From: Octopus vulgaris
Lineage: Eukaryota
Reading direction: 5' to 3'
Length of the DNA: 64,000 nucleotides
Assembly: GCA_951406725.2 (NCBI GenBank)
Contig: OX597814.1
Coordinates: 35,340,001 to 35,404,000, forward strand
The notes beneath the pieces are model-generated. The model did not search any database. It saw only the letters and a program-made list of their open reading frames with translations, and was not told the origin of the DNA. The number at the start of each line of letters is the position of its first letter. Position 1 is the stretch's first letter. The position numbers and the translations under genes are program-made. Shown piece by piece: positions 55,401-64,000 of this stretch.

Positions 55401-56030
55401 GATGTACTTCTGTAAAAACATGTATGGTCATGGGAAAATATTGCCATACATGAAAACTGGTGTAAGCTGATGACTGGAACATAGCAAAGATGTACTTCTG
55501 TAAAAACCATGTATGGTCATGGGAAAATATTGCCATACATGAAAACTGGTGTAAGCTGATGATTGGAACATAGCAAAGATGTACTTCTGTAAAAACATGT
55601 ATGGTCATGGGAAAATATTGCCATACATGAAAACTGGTGTAAGCTGATGATTGGAACATAGCAAAGATGTACTTCTGTAAAAACCATGTATGGTCATGGG
55701 AAAATATTGCCATACATGAAAACTGGTGTAAGCTGATGATTGGAACATAGCAAAGATGTACTTCTGTAAAAACCATGTATGGTCATGGGAAAATATTGCC
55801 ATACATGAAAACTGGTGTAAGCTGATGATTGGAACATAGCAAAGATGTACTTCTGTAAAAACCATGTATGGTCATGGGGAAATATTACCATACATGATAA
55901 CTGGTGTAAGCTGATGGTTGGAACATAGCAAAGATGTACTTCTGTAAAAACCATGTATGGTCATGGGAAAATATTGCCATACATGAAAACTGGTGTAAGC
56001 TGATGGTTGAAACATAGCAAAGATGTACTT
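52445..56030. repeat. Tandem array of an 88/89-bp unit, ~40 copies
   Basis: Unit ATGAAAACTGGTGTAAGCTGATGA(T/C)TGGAACATAGCAAAGATGTACTTCTGTAAAAAC(C)ATGTATGGTCATGGGAAAATATTGCCATAC, head to tail, no spacers. Confidence 0.98.
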
Positions 56031-56186
56031 ACATAAATTTATGGTAGGAGATTTTGATTTAAATAAGAACATAATTTTGTGACATGCTAGTCATAAAATA
56101 AATGGCATACATAGCATGAAAACTTTTTTTAAAAGTCTGTTTTACAAAGTGTTTCATGACAATGAAATACATGCAATGACTTAGGC

Positions 56187-56407
56187 CCCTTTTGTTACCG
56201 TATTTATTTTGAGATGCTCTGTGTTTCTTTCAATTATTTTAGATGTAACAAAGTATTTAGTAAAATAACTTCGTTATCATTAAGCTAATGTTAGGAACAT
56301 AAATTGTGACTAAGGTTTGGTAGAAGATTTTGATTCAAAGTTTATGAAAACAAGACATTTGTACTACAGAGCCAGAGCCGGTTTCAGCCGGGTTAGTAAC
56401 GAAAGGG
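56187..56407. mobile_element. piggyBac-type MITE
   Basis: TIRs CCCTTTTGTTAC/GTAACGAAAGGG; TTAA on the right, degenerate TTAGG on the left. Confidence 0.7.
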
Positions 56408-57157
56408 TTAAACAAATGTGGATGCAATAAGATGGTGTCACTTGGCATATGACATGATTATCAAAGACAACCCTTTCACAACAGTTCCTTGGACATCTCA
56501 TTTCCTGATTCAGCGATACCCGTTGACTGTCATCATCACTGGATCTAACCCCAACTGGTAATTTCCTTTGGGTTTTACTTGCCAAAAAACCTGCACACAT
56601 TTAGACCTCACTGCGTATGGAGAAATGTAGTTTCCATGACAGCTACAACTGGGAAAACCTGGGTATGTTTTGCTGCTGTCACCATTGCCTTCTTCACTAC
56701 TACTGCTGTTGTTGTTGTTGTTGTTAAGCAACAAGATGGGTAAGGGTTATTAGGTGATGGTCTAGGGCTTAGGAGTGGGAGACCGCAGACCTTGGAAAAA
56801 AAAAACTTTGGTTGTCTTGTTGTAGTCGAGGGCTCTTCGTTGATGCCAGAACCATTGAAAGGTGGGCCTCGAAGTTGCTGGAAATGGAGATCTCCAGGTC
56901 CAAATTCTTGAACGGCAACTGCTGCTGCCACTGCCATCACCACCACCACCACCACCACCACCACTATCATCTTAGCCATCTAAAGGGTGTGATATTTAAA
57001 TTTTGAAAATTGTTATGAACTCTCGTACTTTAACTATAGACATTTCTTAATGAGTTTTCTTGTTCTAGTCTTAGCTACTTGCATTTGAAATGAGTCTTGA
57101 AATTATGAGAAGCCATGGAAAGCTAAATATACAGGAAAATAAAATAAAGAAAACTAT

Positions 57158-57381
57158 TACTCTTTACTCTTTTACTCTTTTACTTGTTTCAGTCATTTGA
57201 CAGCGGCCATGCTGGAGCACCACCTTTAGTCAAGTAAATCGACCCCGGGACTTATTCTTTGTAAGCCCAGTACTTATTCTATCGGTCTCTTTTGCCAAAC
57301 CGCTAAGTGACGGTGACTTAAACACACCAGCATCGGTTGTCAAGCAATGCTAGGGAGACAAACACAGACACACAAACACAT

Positions 57382-57412
<31 letters not shown>

Positions 57413-57584
57413 CATATATACGACAGGCTTCTTTCAGTTTCCGTCTACCAAATCCACTCACAAGGCATTGGTCGGCCCGGGGCTATAGCAGAAGACACTT
57501 GCCCAAGATGCCACGCAGTGGGACCGAGCCCGGAACCATGTGGTTGGTTAGCAAGCTACTTACCACACAGCCACTCCTGCGCCT
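57158..57584 (-). mobile_element. SINE family B, full length
   Basis: Reverse complement of the 39351 copy; (AAAGAGTA)n tail. Confidence 0.92.
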
Positions 57585-57691
57585 ATTGTTTGTGTTGTTT
57601 ATTTATCACACCTGTGTACAGCAAAATTATCAGCAACATATATATTTCAAGTTGCTCAAGCATTAACATAGGTTTCAAAAAGCCTGAAATT

Positions 57692-57851
57692 CATCATCAT
57701 CCTCATCATCGTTTAACGTCCGTTTTCCGTGCTAGCATGGGTTGGACAGTTCAACCAGGGTGTGGGAAGCCAGGAGGCTGCACCAGGCTCCAGTCTGATC
57801 TGCCAGTGTTTCTACAGCTGGATGCCCTTCCTAATGCCAACTCTCCGTGAG
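57692..57851 (-). mobile_element. Probable SINE 3' part (family D) with (GAT)n tail
   Basis: Minus strand GTTGGCATTAGGAAGGGCATCCAGCTGTAGAAAC; related fragment at ~58862-58897 on +. Confidence 0.55.
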
Positions 57852-58474
57852 TATCAATAAAAGTATATATGGTACACCCAAATACTCTATGCAGTATACC
57901 AGTGTAATACTGCACACCAATGAATTGCAGCGTGCTATTTCAAAATAACTACTTTCAATAATATAGATGTACAAACCTCTAAAAGAGCAGAATGATGACA
58001 GCTGGATGGCCTTTTATCATTGGTCTACTTCACAACAACATCAAGAATGACAACAACAACAACAACAATAACAGTACCATTATTAATAACTTGTATCTCA
58101 GGAAATATGATTACCAATGCACTAGAATGCTATTTCTTTAGATTTATGTTGTTTCATAGCAATAAACAAAAAGTAAATGTCATGGGAATAGAAGCAGTGA
58201 TAACCAAGCAATAACATTCCACAGATTCCAGTGTTACTGATTTTGCTGCTCCATTACCAAGCATTCACCTAGATACTTTTAGATTATATACTTTTCTTTC
58301 CGAAATGACAGGAGATTCCCCCCCCCCCCACCTTCCTCATCACACCACCATCACCATCATTGTTTATAACAGCAGCAGCAGCAACAACAACCACAACAAC
58401 AGTGACATCAACAGTGGAAGTAACACACTATGTCTATGGCATAAACACTACATTACATTACGGTAAATCTGTAA

Positions 58475-58650
58475 TATTGGTTTCAAATTTTAGCACAGAC
58501 CAGCAATTTTGGGAATAGATTAAGTTGATTATATTGATCCTAGTGATCAACTGGCACTTATTTTATCGACCCTGGAAAGATGAAAGGTAAAGTCGACCTC
58601 AGCAGAATTTGAACTCCAGTGTGCTAATAAGTTTGTCACCTCACTGCCTT
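58475..58650 (-). mobile_element. SINE family A, CpG-decayed and internally deleted
   Basis: TTTATCGACCCTGGAAAGATGAAAGGTAAAGTCGACCTCAGCAGAATTTGAACTC. Confidence 0.8.
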
Positions 58651-58899
58651 GGGTAGATTTCTATTACTGACACACTAGCTTTTAGGGGCTGAAGGCTGGG
58701 TATTGCGAAAGACAATACAGTATGAATTAAATGTAGAAAAAACTCAAAGAAAAAGTGAGATAAAATATTACAAAACATTTCTCTTTGTTCTCTCCACCAT
58801 ATACATCCCCAATTTTAGAATAAATAGACTGCATCCCTGTATATTGTTGAGGGTAACTAAAAGAGTTGGTGACAAGAAAGGCATTCGGTTGTAAAACAC

Positions 58900-59700
58900 T
58901 GCTTTACTGTCATTTTTTGGTTTTGAAGTTCTCCCTCTTCCTCACTTTGAGATGTGGTGATACCATTGTCTGTGGAATCTGTCTCAGGTATGGGTGGGAT
59001 TGTGTTTATTTTTGCGTGAGTGTCTATGTGTGTGTTTGTGTTTAGAGGAATTAAAGAAAGGGAGAAGGTGAACTCTGTTGGGAAATCAGGGGGTTTCTGA
59101 TGTCTTGTTTTACTTTCTGCTGTTGCTGGTGGTAATTTTACCCCTGCTACTGGTGTTGGTGGTGTTGTAGGTGGTGCTGTTGCTGGTGTCAGTGTTGCTC
59201 CTGCAGTTGCTGGTTTTGCTGTTCCTGTTGTTGATGTTGCTGCTGTTACCAGGGCTGGTGCTGCTGTTGTAGTTGTTGTTGTCACTTTTGGGGTCCTGGT
59301 ATTGACAGTAAGAGGACCCTATGGTTTGCCTTCTATTGAAGGCAGAAAACTTTCAAGTGGCCAGTTTCCCCACACAGATGGCAACAAAGCCTTTTTTCCT
59401 CATCTGTAACATGTGACTCCACCCCTGTATGTTGAGCATTATTTTTTCAGTGCTCTACATCAGTCTGATTACCTGATTCTGCCCATTCTTGTCTGCATAC
59501 ATGTATTTATTACTTACAATTTTTGAGAATGTTTCTGCCAACACCTTGGTGATGGGATGGCTATGTCAGCCCATGATTCTTCTAGTTTGATCAATTTGGC
59601 CGTTTGGGACAAATATGCTTCTTTTTTCCCAAATGTTCATGTTAAAAGTTTTGTTCCTTTGGCATTGGTTGCTTGTAGTTATTTATTATTCATGTTGACG
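58900..59700 (-). pseudogene. Decayed ORF1/gag-like retroelement sequence with a CCHC zinc knuckle
   Basis: Minus strand ~59340-59420 reads HVTDEEKRLC-CHLCGETGHLKVFC (C-X2-C-X4-H-X4-C), followed by a Thr/Pro/Ala-rich tract. Confidence 0.6.
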
Positions 59701-59766
59701 TTGTTATTTGTGTTGTTATCTGTTACTGTTGTTTTATTTTTTTTGCTTCTGTTATATGTTGCAGTG

Positions 59767-60015
59767 TGGAGGCAAGTGGCTTAGTGGTTAGGGTGTCAGC
59801 ATCATGATCGTAAGATTGTGGTTTCAATTCCTGGACCATGTGACACGTTGTGTTCTTGAGCAAAACACTTCATTTCATGTTGCTCTAGTCCACTCAACTG
59901 GCAAAAATGAGTAACGCTGCAATGGACTGGCGTCCGGTCCAGCTGGGAAACACTTACGACATGGAAACCGGGCCCATGAGCCTGGCCAGGCTTTAAAAGG
60001 GTGCATTTATTTTTT
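59767..60015 (+). mobile_element. SINE family C, full length
   Basis: Homolog of 202-462; 14-bp TSD TATATG(T/C)TGCAGTG at 59753-59766 and 60016-60029. Confidence 0.9.
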
Positions 60016-60359
60016 TATATGCTGCAGTGGTGGTAGTGATGGTGTTGGTGATGGCAATGTTCATGGTAGTGTTGTTGTATTTTGTTATGTTATTTTCATA
60101 TTATTTTGAAGTTCTTGTGATGGTGCAGGAAATTTATGTCAATTTTTCTGTGTAGAGTTGTTGTTGCTGTTGTTGATTTTGTTGCTATTGTTGATGGTTG
60201 TTTTTGTAGTGGTGGTGTTAGCAGTGATGCTGGAGTTGTGTTTTGAGCATTTTGCTGCTGTTGTGAATCATTGTTTGCACATGTGAAATATCTTTGCAGA
60301 TTTTGCAAGTGTGGAAGGGGATGATGACTTCTTTTTTTTATTTTATAATTTTGTGGTTG

Positions 60360-60563
60360 AGATGCAGCACGGATTTTTGTCAGTGAACAGGTCGCGGATT
60401 TTAGTGACGAAAATATTTTGACAAATTAAACTTAAATGTTGAAGTGAATCGAACGGCTTTTGTGTGTTTCTTAAATGGCTTACAAACACCTTCCACGCTG
60501 CAATTGTTTCCGTTTCAGCACACAATCTCAGATCAAATCACTTGCTATGCGAGTACATCTCCG
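60360..60563 (+). mobile_element. 204-bp non-coding element carrying a hammerhead motif
   Basis: 14-bp direct repeat TAATTTTGTGGTTG at 60346-60359 and 60564-60577; right half is homologous (inverted) to 36347-36445. Confidence 0.8.
60376..60425 (+). ncRNA. Minimal type-I hammerhead ribozyme motif with G3-C8 swapped core
   Basis: TTTGTCA-GTGAACA-G-GTCGC(GGATTTTA)GTGAC-GAAA-ATAT-TT-TGACAAA: 7-bp stem I, 5-bp stem II, palindromic stem III. Confidence 0.75.
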
Positions 60564-60825
60564 TAATTTTGTGGTTGTAATGTGTTTAAAATTTGTACTA
60601 ACAGAGACTTTGGCCCAAATATTAAAAGGTGTCAGAGTAATGTAGGGTGTTCCCTTTACAGTTTGTAATAAAAAATGTTAACAAGAAATATTATGTAAAC
60701 AAGTGAAAATCAACAAAACTTATGGAGCAAAAGTATGTGATGACTAATTAAGAAACCAATAACGACAACAATAATAATAATAATGATGATGACGATAATA
60801 ATAATAATAATGATAATAATAATAA

Positions 60826-61394
60826 TTGATGCAGTACCTTGCCCTGATACAGTACCAGACAGTGGCTACATGGCTTTTGCTTTTTATTGATTGGAAGTGT
60901 TATCATGTGCATTGATTTGTCTTGGTATGAAAGATGGGCTGCAGCAAATATTCTGCTCAATACTACAGATTTGCTTGTCAGTTGTTTGACTTCAACCAGT
61001 TGAGCATGTCCCTTAGTGGCTGGCGACATGTGCATCTCTGATCATGAGCAGAAGTAGTGGGGGAGCATCATAGCCATGTGTTGAGAGGAATTCTTTAGTT
61101 TGAGTAATTCACCTCTGGAAACATGGGTGTATCGTTCAACATCCTTAAATAACCCTTATTCAGGGACCTTTTGAGTGAGATGGGTTACTCGACTAGAAGA
61201 AAATTCTAACTGGGCCCCACCTGTGAGGTCATGTGCTGTTTATCTTAATATGAGATCACCATGTCACGCACATATGGTTGTGATGCATGTGCCTAGTGTA
61301 CCCTTATTAGATGGGTAATCATAATGGATATAATGGGCTTTGTATATTTTTACCCCAGTGTCACTTTGATGGCATGCATTACTCTCTCACTCAG
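60826..61394 (+). mobile_element. Probable unclassified insertion within an (AAT)n tract
   Basis: GC-richer ~570-bp block with (AAT)n on both sides; single copy in the window; no protein motif recognised. Confidence 0.4.
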
Positions 61395-61463
61395 TAATAG
61401 TAATAATAATAACAATAACAAAATAAAAAGTTTGGTAATAATAATTCAGTGTTTTTAATATAG

Positions 61464-61547
61464 AAGGAGCTCCATCAAGATTTGGGATCCCCTCAGTTAC
61501 CAAAGACATGTGCACTTTTCTCTTTGACCGACAAGAACATGCTGAAT
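61464..61547 (+). CDS. Candidate 84-nt internal exon of an unidentified host gene
   Basis: Acceptor TTTTTAATATAG, donor AAT|GTAAGT, length divisible by 3, two open frames (KELHQDLGSPQLPKTCALFSLTDKNMLN or GAPSRFGIPSVTKDMCTFLFDRQEHAE). Confidence 0.45.
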
Positions 61548-63100
61548 GTAAGTACATTCCCTCTTCCCATTTTCACTATTGTTGTTTGTGTTTTTCCAAG
61601 TGGAATATGAAAAGTTAAAGAAAGCTTGATCAAAGATGAGTCAGCCTTCAGCCCTTTCAGCTTCACCCTCCTCTCAACCTATTTAGCCAAAGCTACCAGA
61701 TAGAGGAAAGTTAGTAATTCTTTCTGACTAAAAGTGGGGGGCTGGGAAATTTATATGAGAGATTTTGTTGATAGGCAAATCTATTTTAAATGCAACAACA
61801 ACTGCTTGACATATAATTCCTTAAGTCAGTAATGCCTGGACACTGAATGAGTACAAGAAGGATGATCTCTTGACCCTCTGATAGTACTTTTGCTGATAAA
61901 GATGATGATAGTAATAAAATTAAAATTGATTTCTAAAAATTAGCAATTCACAAATATTTATGGAAGTATAATCAAATAAATCAATTCAAGAACATGACAG
62001 ATGCTATATTTTAATTGATGCAGGAAATTTGAAAGATAAAATTGATCATGGTTAGATTTTGACTTACAATGTAAAGGGTTGTAACTTAATACAGCAAAGT
62101 ATTGTGTCCAATAGATAACAACAACTAATATAAATAAAAACAATTATATCTATATAGAGTAGAGTTTGTGAAATTAAGTAGATATTCCTATGAACCTGAA
62201 CTTTACATTTAGAAATATTTAATTGGATGTAAAATTGTCCTTAAGATACTAAGGAAAATTTAAATAAGAAAGAAAACCTAATTGAAATGTATTTCTCCAC
62301 CAGAGAATTCATCTTTCACACTAGCAAAGTTCTGAAGTTTTTCTAAGTTAAAATTAAATCAATAACTAATGCACAATAGTGATATCATATTGTATGTTGT
62401 GTTATATATTAAATTTTAATTTTTATTTAAATTTTATTCTTAAACCTATAATACCTTTTGCTAATAATTCTAAAATCTTCTAATATTTTGTAGAGAAAAT
62501 AGCAAAAATGAAACCTAGTATTTTATATTTGAACAATATTTTGGTTGCAAGCAATTATAACATCTAATAGGTGTTACAGAATTATTAATATTTCAATAAT
62601 ACATGTGTATGTCTAAAAAAACATATTTTAAAAAATTAAACATTTTCTAGAAGACAAATGAATATTTTGTGCATAGTGATAATTTAGGCATCAAAGGATT
62701 AATTTCAATATTGAATATGAATTATCTCTATCTTTGAAATTTGAAGGGGATAGAAGTGGAAAATAGCTCCAGAACATTGCAGCAAGCTATTAGAAATATG
62801 AGAAAAGGTGGTAAAAGGATACAATGTCTGGAACTAAGAGTTCTATTTGCATTGTTGAGTGTTCTGTATTGAAAATTTATTCAAAGTTTCTTCATATAGA
62901 GTATCTGAGAATTATCTCATATTAAGATAATAACACCTGATTTTATATACATGCTTTATATCTGAAACAGAAATTTAGTTGTGCAAGCTAGCAAAGCATT
63001 CAGAAAGTTTTCAGTAACTCAGCTCCCCTATGTACACCCCCATCTTTAAATATCATATTTAGTGACCTCTGCCAATTAAAATTTTTCAGAATGCTAGGCT

Positions 63101-63290
63101 AAGCGCAGGAGTGGCTGTGTAGTAAGTAGCTTGCTTACCAACCACATGGTTCCGGGTTCAGTCCCACTGCATGGCACCTTGGGTAAGTGTCTTCTACTAT
63201 AGCCTCGGGCCGACCAAAGCCTTATGAGTGGATTGGGTAAACGGAAACTGAAAGACGCCTGTTGTATATGTGTTTGCATATATATATATA
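63101..63290 (+). mobile_element. SINE family B, 5' half
   Basis: Matches 39351-39530 and stops at the internal microsatellite. Confidence 0.87.
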
Positions 63291-64000
63291 TAACAAAGTT
63301 GAGTTGTGGGGTATCGCACGAGTGGAATTATATATGAAAGAAGGTTTGAAAATGCAATTTAAAAGATGTTTATTTACTTTACCGGTTTCACTCTTTGGAA
63401 AAAGTTTATCAAAAGTAACATGTGGAAGTTTGGTTGCGTTAAGTATTGGTTGTTGCAAATTGCTACATTACATATATATATATATATATATATATATACA
63501 GTATTTGGAAACAGGGACATGTTAAGGACATAAAAATGTACAACAGTATGTTGAGAATATAAAGAGGTTTAACAAGCTCATTGAAAAAATGGGCAGAAAA
63601 GATTAAAACAAATATATTATACATCTCAGGATAATTTCCAGGAGGAATTATTAAAAAAGTTCAGTACAGAATATTATGAATTCAAAAAGATTTACATTAA
63701 TGTGGTGGCGAGGTTGTTACTGACCTGTCCGTTTTAGCAGAGATGTGGAATTGAAAAGGATGTACCCGATTTTTCTTTTTTTGGCTTTCCTTCAAGCATC
63801 AATGATTTTGGGGTTAGGATGAGGTGAATATGTGTGTCTCTGCGTGTATGTGTGTATGCATACATATACATGTGGTGTGAATAGATGTGTCTGTGTGTCT
63901 GTAGTATTTGGTCAGATGGTGTCTGTTTGTCAAACGTGTGTGTGGTTGTCATGGTGTTGTGTGTGTGTGTGTGTGTGCATGCGCACGCATGTATGTGTGT

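Noticed and set aside
52445-56030. CRISPR array or repeat-protein gene
   Set aside because: Units are contiguous with no unique spacers, no cas genes are present, and the 88/89-bp period shifts frame each unit, so the many ORFs are artefacts.
52445-56030. Hammerhead or C/D snoRNA in each satellite unit (CTGATGA, GAAAAC, GTA)
   Set aside because: I could not form stems I and II in the required register, and the C-like and D-like boxes overlap without a terminal stem.
62745-63715. Additional candidate exons (GIEVENSSRTLQ... and DNFQEELLKKF...)
   Set aside because: Weak splice signals and no recognisable homology.

Overview
AT-rich, repeat-dominated eukaryotic DNA. The SINE families, dense (TA)n/(CA)n/(CATA)n/(TATC)n tracts and TE mix suggest a coleoid cephalopod (octopus-like) genome; this is inferred, not proven. 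There is no intact gene, and most listed ORFs are microsatellite or satellite artefacts. Contents: many copies of three SINE families, several with clear target-site duplications; decayed LINEs (R4/Dong-like RLE, RTE, CR1, an ORF1-like zinc knuckle); several Penelope-like (PLE) remnants; Tc1/mariner remnants, including a DD36E-spaced Tc1; hAT-, mariner- and piggyBac-type MITEs; a non-autonomous Helitron-like element; a 100-N gap; and a ~3.6 kb array of an 88/89-bp unit. One plausible 84-nt host exon lies at 61464-61547, in a segment where TE copies show CpG decay. The most interesting signal is a set of short elements carrying minimal type-I hammerhead ribozyme motifs with non-canonical cores, the best being a G3-C8 swapped motif in a 204-bp element flanked by a 14-bp direct repeat (60360-60563). 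All coordinates, alignments and folds were read by eye.
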